Shown piece by piece: positions 1 to 9,877 of a DNA stretch of 64,000 nt (its first letter is position 1; each line of letters opens with the position of its first letter). The stretch spans positions 928,001 to 992,000 of the forward strand of contig OZ252239.1 of NCBI GenBank assembly GCA_965249485.1, in the 5' to 3' direction. The notes under the pieces were generated by a model. That model was given only the letters and a program-made list of their open reading frames with translations, searched no databases and had not been told where the DNA came from. This DNA comes from a bacterium. GTDB lineage: Bacteria > SM23-31. Both the position numbers and the translations under genes were made by a program.

Positions 1-260
1 AAGGACGACGTCATATTAACGGTTTAGAGGGCTTCTGGTCATTTGCAAAAGAAAGACTCTTAAAATACCATGGTGTTGGCAAAAATCATTTCCTATTGTA
101 CCTCAAGGAAATGGAATCTAGATACAATTACAGAAACGAAAAACTATACTATTTATTAATCAATATTCACTTTAGGTCGCTTTTGACCTAATTACCAAAA
201 ATTATATCAAACTTTTCCAGAGATTTAATAAGGAAAAAAGCAGAATAAATAGGGATCGCT

Positions 261-1862
261 ATGCGAAATATTACATTGCTTTTTGTACCAGCATTATTAT
301 CGATGTTAGTGCTTTTCCCGCATACAGTATTGAGCCAGAGTCCTACCCCGGATAGAGGACAGGATGAGGGCATTGGTCCATTTGAAACGTTCGTTGTCCG
401 CGGTGCAATACTTATAGATGGAACCGGTGCACCACCGAGAGGTCCGGTAGATATTGTGATCAAACGCAACCGGATCGAAAGCATCCTAAGTGCTGGTACG
501 CCCGGTATCCCTTTGGAAGATGAACGTGAACCGCTTAATGCTGATTATGAACTCAATGTGGAAGGCATGTATGTCATGCCGGGCTTTGTCAATCTGCATA
601 ATCATGCAGGAGGTCAGAAAGCCCCTGAAACCGAGTATGTCTATAAACTCTGGCTTGCGCACGGTATTACAACAGTGAGGGGGGTGGCTCTCGGAGGTAT
701 GGAATGGACGTTGAACGAGCGGGAACGGAGTGCCCGAAACGAAATTTCTGCGCCGAGAATCGTTGCGTACCAACGTCCCGGGTCAGGCAATGAATGGAGT
801 GAACGATCGATCCGGACTGGGGAAGATGCGCGTGAGTGGGTCCGTTACGCTGCCCGAAAAAGTATCGACGGCATGAAACTTGTCGCTTTCAGGCCGGAAA
901 TAATGGCCGCGCTCCTTGATGAAGCACAAAAATTAAAACTCGGCTCTACGGCCCATCTTGCCCAGACCGGTGTGGCACAGATGAATGCTCTCGATGCTGC
1001 GCGGCTCGGTCTCGGTTCGTTAACGCATTTCTATGGACTCTTCGAAACGTTGTACAAAGACCATGACGTACAGCCCTGGCCGGCAGATATGAATTATAGT
1101 AACGAACAGTTCCGCTTCGCACAAGTTGCACGGCAGTGGGACCTTATTCATCCTCAGGGAAGCAAAGAGTGGGACGCTTTACTGCAGGAATTTCTTGATC
1201 TTGATTTTATTCTCGATCCGACAATGACCGCCTATCTGGCGAACAGAGATCTCATGCGCGCCCGAAATGCGGATTGGCATAAGAGCTATACGCTGCCGTC
1301 TCTTTGGGAATTCTACGAACCGAACCGTACAGACCACGGGTCATACTGGTACTACTGGACAACTTCGGATGAGATCGCATGGAAGAGCTTCTTTCGTATT
1401 TGGATGTCATTCTTGGATGATTATAAAGACATGGGAGGCCGCGTAACAGTCAGCGAGGATGCGGCCTATCTCTACAGCCAATGGGGATTTGCGACAATAG
1501 AAGAAATGGAACTCCTGCAGGAAGCGGGTTTCCATCCTTTAGAAGTGATCCGGAGTGCAACAATGTATGGAGCGGAAGCAATATTTGAACCGAAAGGCAG
1601 GCCGATCGAATATGGAGTAGTCCGTGAAGGTCTTCTGGCGGATCTGGTTGTAATCGATGAAAATCCTCTCGCAAACTTGAAAGTCCTGTATGGTACGGGT
1701 TGGCTGCGATTAAACGATGATACACGAAAAGTCGAAAGGGTTGGGGGAATTAATTATACGATAAAAGACGGTATCCTTTATGATGCAAAACAGCTGCTTG
1801 CGGATGTTGAAGAAATGGTCAAAAAAGCGAAAGAAGAAATGATCAACGGACAGGTTCCTTAA
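261..1862 (+). CDS. Secreted amidohydrolase-family protein
   Basis: 533 aa ORF with signal peptide, 'MPGFVNLHNH' metal-binding HxH motif, 'LAHGITTVR' and C-terminal 'GLLADLVVIDENPL'. Confidence 0.85.
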   Translation: MRNITLLFVPALLSMLVLFPHTVLSQSPTPDRGQDEGIGPFETFVVRGAILIDGTGAPPRGPVDIVIKRNRIESILSAGTPGIPLEDEREPLNADYELNVEGMYVMPGFVNLHNHAGGQKAPETEYVYKLWLAHGITTVRGVALGGMEWTLNERERSARNEISAPRIVAYQRPGSGNEWSERSIRTGEDAREWVRYAARKSIDGMKLVAFRPEIMAALLDEAQKLKLGSTAHLAQTGVAQMNALDAARLGLGSLTHFYGLFETLYKDHDVQPWPADMNYSNEQFRFAQVARQWDLIHPQGSKEWDALLQEFLDLDFILDPTMTAYLANRDLMRARNADWHKSYTLPSLWEFYEPNRTDHGSYWYYWTTSDEIAWKSFFRIWMSFLDDYKDMGGRVTVSEDAAYLYSQWGFATIEEMELLQEAGFHPLEVIRSATMYGAEAIFEPKGRPIEYGVVREGLLADLVVIDENPLANLKVLYGTGWLRLNDDTRKVERVGGINYTIKDGILYDAKQLLADVEEMVKKAKEEMINGQVP

Positions 1863-2037
1863 CATACATTACTATAGGTGTATATATTTATTGTTGGTCT
1901 CGTGCGATTAAAATATCTGTATAATCTTTTACAATCACGCTATTTTATTTATTAAGTGTGCGATAATATTTATATTATTTGTAAATTTTAGTCGTGCTCA
2001 GGCACTTTTTTGAAACCATAGCGTATTTTTTTTCAAT

Positions 2038-3324
2038 ATGAAAACTTCTCATAAAATAATTAATGGTGATTGTCGACAGATGAATTGTTTGTCCAACAAA
2101 TCTGTTCATTTAGTCATTACATCGCCACCTTATTGGCATTTAAAAGATTATGGCATAGAAAATCAAATTGGATTTCATGATAGTTATGAAAACTATATAA
2201 ACAACTTAAATTTGGTTTGGAAAGAGTGCCACAGAGTTTTATATCCTGGTTGTCGACTTTGTGTAAATATTGGAGACCAATTTGCTCGTTCTGTATATTA
2301 CGGTCGTTATAAAATCATCCCGATTAGAACAGAAATAATAAAATTTTGTGAAACAATAGGTTTCGATTACATGGGGGCTATTATTTGGCAGAAGGTGACC
2401 ACAACCAATACGACTGGCGGAGCGACTATAATGGGAAGTTATCCTTATCCTCGAAATGGAATATTAAAACTTGATTACGAGTTTATTCTTTTATTTAAAA
2501 AGCACGGCAAAGCACCGAAACCATTTGCTGAGCAAAAGAAATTATCTGAATTGAGCAAGGAAGAATGGGATACATATTTTTCAGGGCATTGGAATTTTTC
2601 AGGAGCAAAACAAAACAAACATCTTGCTATGTTTCCTGAAGAATTACCTGCTAGATTAATAAAAATGTTTGCTTTTATTGATGAAACAGTTTTAGATCCT
2701 TTCTTGGGGAGTGGAACAACTTCTCTTGCAGCGAAAAATTTAGGACGCAATTCAATCGGTTATGAAATCAATCAAGAATATATTCCTAAAATCAAAGAAA
2801 AACTCAACATGTTACAATTTGATATCGAAAAAACTGAATATATTTTCTTAAATGATAGTATAAAATCTGACTTGAATAAGGATATTAATGAACTTCCGTA
2901 TATATTTAAAGACTCACTTAAATTAGATAAAATTATTAATCCTAAAAAATTACAATTTGGTTCAAAAATTGATATAAACAGGAAAGAACGAGAAGAGTAT
3001 TATTCAGTGAAAGAAATCATTAGTCCTGAGTTAATAAAACTTAATAATGATTTGACTATTCGTTTGCTTGGTGTAAAAAATAAAGAAAGTAAAAATGTGG
3101 AGGCTATTCAGTTTCTTTCTGATAAGACTAAAGGGGAAAAGGTATTTTTAAAATACGATGATATAAAGTATGATAAAAATAGCAATTTGCTTTGTTATTT
3201 ATATTTGAAAAATAAGACATTCATTAATTCTCATTTAATAAAAGAAGGACTGGCAGAAGTTAATCAATCTGTAGATTTTAAATACAAAGACAAATTTCAA
3301 AAGTTGGCGATAAATAGGCGATAA
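2038..3324 (+). CDS. Beta-class N4-C/N6-A DNA methyltransferase with C-terminal SNase (thermonuclease)-like domain
   Basis: Motif IV 'TSPPY' precedes motif I 'DPFLGSGTT'. The C-terminal ~105 aa 'IRLLGV...LLCYLYL...FINSHLIKEGLAEV' resembles the SNase fold. Confidence 0.88.
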   Translation: MKTSHKIINGDCRQMNCLSNKSVHLVITSPPYWHLKDYGIENQIGFHDSYENYINNLNLVWKECHRVLYPGCRLCVNIGDQFARSVYYGRYKIIPIRTEIIKFCETIGFDYMGAIIWQKVTTTNTTGGATIMGSYPYPRNGILKLDYEFILLFKKHGKAPKPFAEQKKLSELSKEEWDTYFSGHWNFSGAKQNKHLAMFPEELPARLIKMFAFIDETVLDPFLGSGTTSLAAKNLGRNSIGYEINQEYIPKIKEKLNMLQFDIEKTEYIFLNDSIKSDLNKDINELPYIFKDSLKLDKIINPKKLQFGSKIDINRKEREEYYSVKEIISPELIKLNNDLTIRLLGVKNKESKNVEAIQFLSDKTKGEKVFLKYDDIKYDKNSNLLCYLYLKNKTFINSHLIKEGLAEVNQSVDFKYKDKFQKLAINRR

Positions 3325-3327
3325 ATA

Positions 3328-3969
3328 ATGGCTAAAGAATGGATATTGAATAGCTCAATGAACCGATTCCAATTGAATTTCAAACGGAATGTTGGTCCAA
3401 CTTCTGAAAATATACGAATGTGTGCTCCAGCGACTATTGAAGAATGGCGAGAATATTATTTTGAAAGTGTTAGACCTAAAGAGCATATTGAAGATCTTGG
3501 CAGGAAATTATATATTAAGATTACAGAAGTTATTTCAGCTGAAGTAGAAAAAATTACCGAACAGGATTGCATAAATTATATGATGCAATTAGTTATTGAC
3601 CGGACATTCGATGGTTATATGACAGAAATTAAAACAATTTATGGCAAGCTTCAAAAACTACTTGGTATAAAAATCGAACCTGCGCCTGACGAGTGGGATA
3701 GACTGTACAACGTAGACTTCTATATTAAAATTAATGAAAAGTTTGTCGGAATACAAATAAAACCAGTAAATCAAGGTATTCAGCTACCTCAGATATTTAA
3801 AGAAAAGGAGATTCAACGTAAATCTCATGAAAAGTTTAAAGATCGATTTGGCGGCAAGGTATTTTATGTCTTTTCTTCTAAAAAAGAAGACAAAAAAGAA
3901 ATTATTAATAAAGAAGTGGTTAGTGAGATATTACAAGAGATTGATCGATTAATATTAGATAACGATTAA
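3328..3969 (+). CDS. MjaI-family type II restriction endonuclease
   Basis: Starts 3 bp after the MTase stop. PD-(D/E)xK-like 'PDEWD..YNVDF...GIQIKP' and an N-terminus typical of MjaI-family proteins. Confidence 0.78.
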   Translation: MAKEWILNSSMNRFQLNFKRNVGPTSENIRMCAPATIEEWREYYFESVRPKEHIEDLGRKLYIKITEVISAEVEKITEQDCINYMMQLVIDRTFDGYMTEIKTIYGKLQKLLGIKIEPAPDEWDRLYNVDFYIKINEKFVGIQIKPVNQGIQLPQIFKEKEIQRKSHEKFKDRFGGKVFYVFSSKKEDKKEIINKEVVSEILQEIDRLILDND

Positions 3970-4090
3970 TTCCCTCTTGTTTAACCAAGTATACAATCAC
4001 GTAACCTTTAGTTACGATAGCGATACGTTAAAAATAACGTGAGAATCAAATCAAGAAAGTACTAAAAATTTTCATAAACCATGAGGATAT

Positions 4091-5461
4091 ATGACGACAC
4101 AGAATAACCGCGGCGGTTGGAGTTCCAGTTTGGGATTTATCCTGGCATCGGCAGGTTCGGCAATTGGTCTTGGCAATATTTGGCGTTTCCCCTATATGGT
4201 TGGTCAGAATGGCGGCGCAGCATTTGTCGTAGTGTATCTCATCTGTATTTTCCTCATCGGCTTTCCTATTATGGTGGCAGAATTGACACTCGGTAGGTCG
4301 GCACATAAGAATCCGGTTGGTGTGTTTAAAGAGCGGGCTGTTGGGACACCATGGAAGTTTCTCGGTTACATAATGGTTGTGGTCGTAATGGTTGTTTTTT
4401 CATGGTACAGTGTTGTTGCTGGGTGGATTGTCGGCTATTTTTATAAAACAGTAGTTGGAACGTTTAGTAACCTTTCCGGTCCCCGTGAAACGCAGGAAAT
4501 TTTCGCACAATTTGTTGGAAATCCGGTACCTATCATGCTGCTGACACTTCTCTTTATTGCAATGACCGGATACGTTGTACTCGGAGGAGTTAGAAGTGGC
4601 ATCGAACGATTGTCCCGTGTCTTGATGCCGGTATTGCTTGTCATATTAATTCTTCTTGCAATCCGGTCGGTAACACTTCCGGGTGCGTCCGAAGGAATTG
4701 CTTACTATTTGAAACCAGATTTTTCAAAACTGAACGGCGGTGTTATAGCGGCAGCTATGGGGCAGGCATTTTTGTCGCTGAGTGTTGGCGCGGGTACTGT
4801 TATGACTTACGGCAGCTATCTTTCCAAACGTGATAATATTCCAGTTTCATCAACCTGGATCTGCTTTCTCGACACCGGTATCGCTCTACTGGCGGGATTT
4901 ATTATTCTGCCGGCAGTTGCCGCACTCGGACAGGAGTACACCGCTGGTCCAGGATTAATCTTCCAGGTTCTCCCTTCGGTTTTTGGTGTTATGCCGCTCG
5001 GACAACTTTTTGGAGTCGGACTTTTTCTGCTCCTTATTATTGCAGCACTCACCTCAACTGTATCCATGCTCGAAGTACCCGTGGCTTATTTTGTTGATGA
5101 ACGCAAGTGGACCAGAAAAAAAGCAGTTATATCCATGGTCGTACTTTCGTTTGTGATGAGTACACCCGCAGCACTGTCTGCAGGTGCAAGTGATTTTTTC
5201 TCAAAACTGCCGGGTATCGGCATGGATTATCTCTCATTTATCAGCGCAATTTCCGGTGATATTTTTATGGTCATGAGTGCATTCCTGATGACTTTGTTCA
5301 TCGGATATAAATGGACCGTCAAAAGTGCAATTGGAGAGTTGACGCTGCACAATATCCACTTTCCATTGAGTCAGGTATGGGGATTTTTACTGCGCTTTAT
5401 TATCCCGGTTTTTATATTGATCATCTTATGGTTTTCAATAAAAAACAATTTCTTTTCTTAA
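4091..5461 (+). CDS. Sodium-dependent transporter (NSS/SNF family)
   Basis: 'GSAIGLGNIWRFPY' signature and many TM helices. Confidence 0.92.
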   Translation: MTTQNNRGGWSSSLGFILASAGSAIGLGNIWRFPYMVGQNGGAAFVVVYLICIFLIGFPIMVAELTLGRSAHKNPVGVFKERAVGTPWKFLGYIMVVVVMVVFSWYSVVAGWIVGYFYKTVVGTFSNLSGPRETQEIFAQFVGNPVPIMLLTLLFIAMTGYVVLGGVRSGIERLSRVLMPVLLVILILLAIRSVTLPGASEGIAYYLKPDFSKLNGGVIAAAMGQAFLSLSVGAGTVMTYGSYLSKRDNIPVSSTWICFLDTGIALLAGFIILPAVAALGQEYTAGPGLIFQVLPSVFGVMPLGQLFGVGLFLLLIIAALTSTVSMLEVPVAYFVDERKWTRKKAVISMVVLSFVMSTPAALSAGASDFFSKLPGIGMDYLSFISAISGDIFMVMSAFLMTLFIGYKWTVKSAIGELTLHNIHFPLSQVWGFLLRFIIPVFILIILWFSIKNNFFS

Positions 5462-5487
5462 GCTTCAATTGTAAAAATTAAAATCAA

Positions 5488-6453
5488 GTGAATGTATTTA
5501 CAGTGATGAACAAAATCGAAAATCTTTCTGTTTTGACCGGAACGGTCTGTTCAATTCGATTGTATATATTGTGCTTAACGAGCCTTGCAGTATTATCTTT
5601 GTTTTCATGCAGCGAAAAATCTCAATTTGATTTTCTGACGTGGCAGGAAATTGCTGCTCTGCCTGTAAGTCCTGCTGACTACCGTATTCAGTATGGCGCC
5701 GGTAAATTACAGTTTGGAGATCTGCGTTTGCCGGAAGGTTCCGGATTACATCCTCTCGTGGTTGTCATTCATGGTGGGTGCTGGCTCAATGCGTTCGACC
5801 TTGAGTATGCCGGAAATCTCTGTGCGGCATTTTCCGGAGAAGGGATCGCGACCTGGAGTCTCGAATATCGACGTGTTGGTGATATCGGTGGTGGATGGCC
5901 GGGAACTTTTGAAGATGTAGCCCAAGGTTTAGACTACGTTCAGGAATTAGCAAAGATGTACCCGATCGATGTAAACCGGGTGATTACACTCGGTCACTCT
6001 GCCGGCGGACATCTTGCACTCTGGTTGGCCGCACGAGAAAAGCTGTCTCAGGATAGTCCTTTCTATACACCGGAACCATTCCGGATACAAGGTGTCGTTT
6101 CACTTGCAGGTATTACAGATATAAAAACATACAGTGCCGGTCCGAGTGACTGCAATCAAGCGGCTCTCCATCTGCTTGGTGGAACAGTTGCAGATGTAAA
6201 AGACCGGTATGACCTGACAAATCCTCTTGATCTGCTTCCTTTTGGAATTGCACAGCGATTGATTCACGGTTATCATGATGAGATAGTTTCTCCGGATCAA
6301 GCTCGATCGTATGTCGAGCATGCTCAAAAAGTTGGAGATAACGCTGAACTTATTATGATTGAAAATGCAGCTCATTTTGAACTCATTGCTCCACACATTT
6401 CAGCGTTTTCAGTAGTAAAACAAGTTGTGTTGGAATTGCTGAATATTGATTAG
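5488..6453 (+). CDS. Alpha/beta hydrolase (HSL-like esterase), probable lipoprotein
   Basis: 'HGGCW' oxyanion motif, 'GHSAGG' nucleophile, D and H triad residues, lipobox-like 'LFSC'. Start uncertain. Confidence 0.85.
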   Translation: MNVFTVMNKIENLSVLTGTVCSIRLYILCLTSLAVLSLFSCSEKSQFDFLTWQEIAALPVSPADYRIQYGAGKLQFGDLRLPEGSGLHPLVVVIHGGCWLNAFDLEYAGNLCAAFSGEGIATWSLEYRRVGDIGGGWPGTFEDVAQGLDYVQELAKMYPIDVNRVITLGHSAGGHLALWLAAREKLSQDSPFYTPEPFRIQGVVSLAGITDIKTYSAGPSDCNQAALHLLGGTVADVKDRYDLTNPLDLLPFGIAQRLIHGYHDEIVSPDQARSYVEHAQKVGDNAELIMIENAAHFELIAPHISAFSVVKQVVLELLNID

Positions 6454-6470
6454 TATCCATTTCTTTTCCT

Positions 6471-6505
6471 AAACACTTGATTCAAAACTGCAATTATCCT
6501 ACTCT
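6471..6505 (+). promoter_or_regulatory. Sigma70-like promoter AAACAC-TTGATT-N17-TACTCT upstream of the dehydratase
   Basis: Same AAACACTTG / 17 bp / TACT(A/C)T core as the dispersed element, oriented with its + strand gene. Confidence 0.5.
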
Positions 6506-6552
6506 ATATAAGATATAAAAATAACGGATGTCTCAATACTACCCTGAATAGA

Positions 6553-7479
6553 ATGGTCCTCCATAAAGAAACACCTCTCATTAAATCCTCGCAGCTCCGG
6601 AAACAAACTGGCAAAAAAGTGTTCTTAAAAATGGAAAATCGGCAGCCGACCGGGTCGTTCAAAATCCGCGGCATCGGCCACTATTGTTCGGAGCTTGCTT
6701 CATCAGGCGTGTCCCGGTTTATCTCCTCATCGGGTGGAAATGCCGGCTATGCCGTTGCTTACGCGGGGAAAGTGCTGAATGTAAACGTTACGGTAGCCGT
6801 TCCCGAAACCACACCGAAATTTGTGCAGAACCGGATTCGTGAATGTGGTGCAGATGTTGAGATACACGGTACGGTCTGGGATGAAACGGACGAATACGCA
6901 AAAACATTGGCTCGTGATCTGGATGGAGCGTATATTTCTCCATTTGACCATCCGTCGATATGGAAAGGACATGCAACTATAATTGATGAAATAGTACAAC
7001 AAACCGAAAAACCGGATGTTGTGGTTCTCTCTGTCGGTGGGGGTGGCTTGCTCTGTGGTGCGATTGAAGGTTTACAACGGAATGACTGGAGCGATGTCCC
7101 GGTCATTGCAGTCGAAACAGAAGGCACTGCTTCGTTTGCTGCATCGGCATCAGCAGGTACGCTTGTGACACTTGACCGGATCGATTCTATTGCTTCAAGT
7201 CTCGGAGCCAAACAGGTGACACACAAAGCGCTCGATCATTACAATACACTTGACATTACACCACATATTGTCTCCGACCGGGATACCGTCAAAGCCTGTC
7301 TTGCATTCCTGGATGATAACAATGTCCTGGTCGAGCCGGCCTGTGGTGCCGCATTGTCGGTCGTGTATTCAAATTCAGACGTGATCTGCGATGCACAGAC
7401 GGTCATGGTCATTGTCTGCGGCGGTATAGGTGTTACTTCTGAGAAACTCCGGGAGTGGGATGAATCACTCCCTTCATAA
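6553..7479 (+). CDS. PLP-dependent L-serine/threonine dehydratase (fold II)
   Basis: 'QPTGSFKIRG' PLP lysine, 'SSGGNAG', 'SVGGGGL', 'VEPACGA'. Confidence 0.88.
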   Translation: MVLHKETPLIKSSQLRKQTGKKVFLKMENRQPTGSFKIRGIGHYCSELASSGVSRFISSSGGNAGYAVAYAGKVLNVNVTVAVPETTPKFVQNRIRECGADVEIHGTVWDETDEYAKTLARDLDGAYISPFDHPSIWKGHATIIDEIVQQTEKPDVVVLSVGGGGLLCGAIEGLQRNDWSDVPVIAVETEGTASFAASASAGTLVTLDRIDSIASSLGAKQVTHKALDHYNTLDITPHIVSDRDTVKACLAFLDDNNVLVEPACGAALSVVYSNSDVICDAQTVMVIVCGGIGVTSEKLREWDESLPS

Positions 7480-7484
7480 GAATG

Positions 7485-8684
7485 TCAGTCTTCCATCCGT
7501 TCTATTGATACTACTTTCGGAAATACCGATCCTGTAATCCCCACCATCGGCTCGGTAGTCAGCCAGACACGCTCTCCTTCAATAATTTTCGTATCGATCT
7601 CATCAACCGATTGCACGTCTTTCAGTTCAGGTTTTATCTCGGTAATGATGCTGAAAAGTTCGGATTCAAAGGTAAAAACAGTGCTGGTCATGAAACAGAG
7701 CGATTTTCCGGCATGTTCATTCTCGTCGGTAATAGTAAAAGCAATTTTAATCGCCTCGCCGCCCGGTGCTTGAGACTCTGTAATAAATCGAACTGTTGCG
7801 GGATACCGGCCTTCCGGAGGAAAATAATTTTCTTCCTGCACTTTTATTTCTAATCGTATTTCCTCGATTGGAAATGTCTTTGCCTGATAGCTTCCGTCAG
7901 GAAGCACGGTCGGGATTGAGTACTGCGGATCGGTCAACAGGGCGTACACAGTCGGATCGCCATCTCTCACTTTTTCTTTCGTGTTCAGCGGCCATTCATT
8001 GCTCATTTGCTCAGCCCTTCCGGGAAGATTTTGTGCACCCAAAATCGATGTAATCGTCCAGTACATGTACTCGTCGATCTGACAGCCATACCTGCATGAT
8101 TCATCGTAGTAGTTATACCAGGAATCTTCGGGATACTGCTCGGGAGCATCCTTATAGTGTCCGCCTCTCGCTAAGTCCACTGCTGCAGCCACTTTTGAGC
8201 CAGGTACGGGCGCAAATACCAATGGATATGCATTGCCCCATCCGTGACGTGTCAAGAGGTGGAGAGTCTCTTCCCATAAACCGTCGAATATCCTGTTTTC
8301 GATAGCATTAGGACGTGCTTCGTTAGCGAAGTTATCGTGATAGACACCGTCGGGAAACGCGTAATGCAAGTCTTCATGGATCGCTTCCCATTCGTCTCCG
8401 GAATCCTTCGTCATAATAAGAATAGCTTTTTTCTCGACCAGCGCATTCACAACACTCTGGTCGTCAGGTATCCCGTCTTCATCATTATCAAGATATTCTG
8501 CAAGAACATTCGCAGCGTGTAGTAATTTTTCGTCGGGAGCGGTCGGAGTAGCATAGAGATGAATGCCAAACACATCCACCTGCTTCGTAAACACCGGGAC
8601 TTCCGGTTTTTCCGTGTTGACTGTTGTGCAGCTAATCAACACTAAGTACGATAATCCTAACAGTGCGATCAGTAATCTCTTCAT
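7485..8684 (-). CDS. Hypothetical lipoprotein with EExxH motif and an extra C-terminal domain
   Basis: Start moved to MKRLLIALL (lipobox LISC). Contains 'EETLH'. Paralogue of 41182..42000. Confidence 0.7.
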   Translation of the reverse strand: MKRLLIALLGLSYLVLISCTTVNTEKPEVPVFTKQVDVFGIHLYATPTAPDEKLLHAANVLAEYLDNDEDGIPDDQSVVNALVEKKAILIMTKDSGDEWEAIHEDLHYAFPDGVYHDNFANEARPNAIENRIFDGLWEETLHLLTRHGWGNAYPLVFAPVPGSKVAAAVDLARGGHYKDAPEQYPEDSWYNYYDESCRYGCQIDEYMYWTITSILGAQNLPGRAEQMSNEWPLNTKEKVRDGDPTVYALLTDPQYSIPTVLPDGSYQAKTFPIEEIRLEIKVQEENYFPPEGRYPATVRFITESQAPGGEAIKIAFTITDENEHAGKSLCFMTSTVFTFESELFSIITEIKPELKDVQSVDEIDTKIIEGERVWLTTEPMVGITGSVFPKVVSIERMED

Positions 8685-8759
8685 CAAGATCTCCGTTACC
8701 CGGTAATGATTATTGATGGTAATACATGAAAACGAGTAAAATGTCAGCAAAAACATTTA

Positions 8760-9833
8760 TTATTCAAGAACCTTTGCCATATTCCAAAGTGAAGTGTTGT
8801 GAAAATCTGCCACAAAGCTGCCGGGTGGGACCAGCTCATCGCATGTGGCGCGGACCTCATCACTGAGTGACATGTCCAATACTGGTAGAAGGTTCTCCAG
8901 ATGTTTGATGGTCCGGCACCCTATGAGGGGAGCTGTAATTCCCGGCTGGTCTTTGACCCACAACAGTGCTAGTTGTGCGGCAGGGATTCCAACTTTTTCA
9001 GCAAGTTTCAAAAACTCTTTGCTGACTGCAATTCCCCTCTCGCTGATACGTTTTGTATAAAAGCCTCCTCGTTTGACGGCACGTGAATCTTTCGGAAAGT
9101 CACTCGTGCTTTTATATCGACCAGCCAAAATTCCCATTGCAAGCGGACTCCAGGTTATGAGTCCGACTCCGTACTTTTGCGCAATTGGTATGAGTTCATT
9201 CTCGATGCGGCGGTCAAGCAGATTATACGGCGGCTGCTCTGTTGCTATACGGACATAATTCTTCAATTCACTGAACATGATCGCTTCCATCACCACCCAT
9301 GCAGGATGGGTTGAAAAACCGACATATCGTATCTTGCCCTGCCGTACAAGATCGGTCAGTGCGTTGAGTGTTTCATCGATCGGTATATTCGGTGTATACC
9401 TGTGGAGCTGGAATAGATCGATATAATCTGTCTGGAGACGCTTCAGAGCTTGTTCACACACCCGGATAATATTTGAACGAGAATGGCCGAATTCATTCGG
9501 ACCGATTGCGTCGAGTTCAATATTAGGTCGTATATTGTATGTCGATTTGTACTCATCGAGCGAAACGCCAATCCGCTTTCTAGCGTGGTCTACTTTTGTT
9601 GCGATAAAAATCCGGTGCCGCAATTTGTTTTCTTTGAGGGTTCTACCAATTATGCGCTCACTTTCACCCTCACAATAGGTATCTCCAGAATCCAATAGAT
9701 TGATACCCGCGTCGAGTGCACGGTTAATAATCTTGTTCGCTTCTTTTTCAGATGTAGCATCTCCGAAATTATCACTACCGAGTCCCATTGGAGAAACATT
9801 GATTCCGGTCCGTCCCAGCTGTCTGTATTTCAT
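8760..9833 (-). CDS. Aldo/keto reductase
   Basis: 'MKYRQLGRTG', 'LDSGDTY', 'LKRLQTDYIDLFQLH', 'WSPLAMGIL'. Confidence 0.93.
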   Translation of the reverse strand: MKYRQLGRTGINVSPMGLGSDNFGDATSEKEANKIINRALDAGINLLDSGDTYCEGESERIIGRTLKENKLRHRIFIATKVDHARKRIGVSLDEYKSTYNIRPNIELDAIGPNEFGHSRSNIIRVCEQALKRLQTDYIDLFQLHRYTPNIPIDETLNALTDLVRQGKIRYVGFSTHPAWVVMEAIMFSELKNYVRIATEQPPYNLLDRRIENELIPIAQKYGVGLITWSPLAMGILAGRYKSTSDFPKDSRAVKRGGFYTKRISERGIAVSKEFLKLAEKVGIPAAQLALLWVKDQPGITAPLIGCRTIKHLENLLPVLDMSLSDEVRATCDELVPPGSFVADFHNTSLWNMAKVLE

Positions 9834-9877
9834 CGTTCACCTTTCGATGTAACTATAGTTAATCAATATACATTTCA

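Noticed and set aside
1956..1987. dif/Xer-like site upstream of the methyltransferase
   Set aside because: Only loose similarity to GGTGCGCATAA-N6-TTATGTTAAAT, with wrong spacing; more likely the AT-rich promoter.
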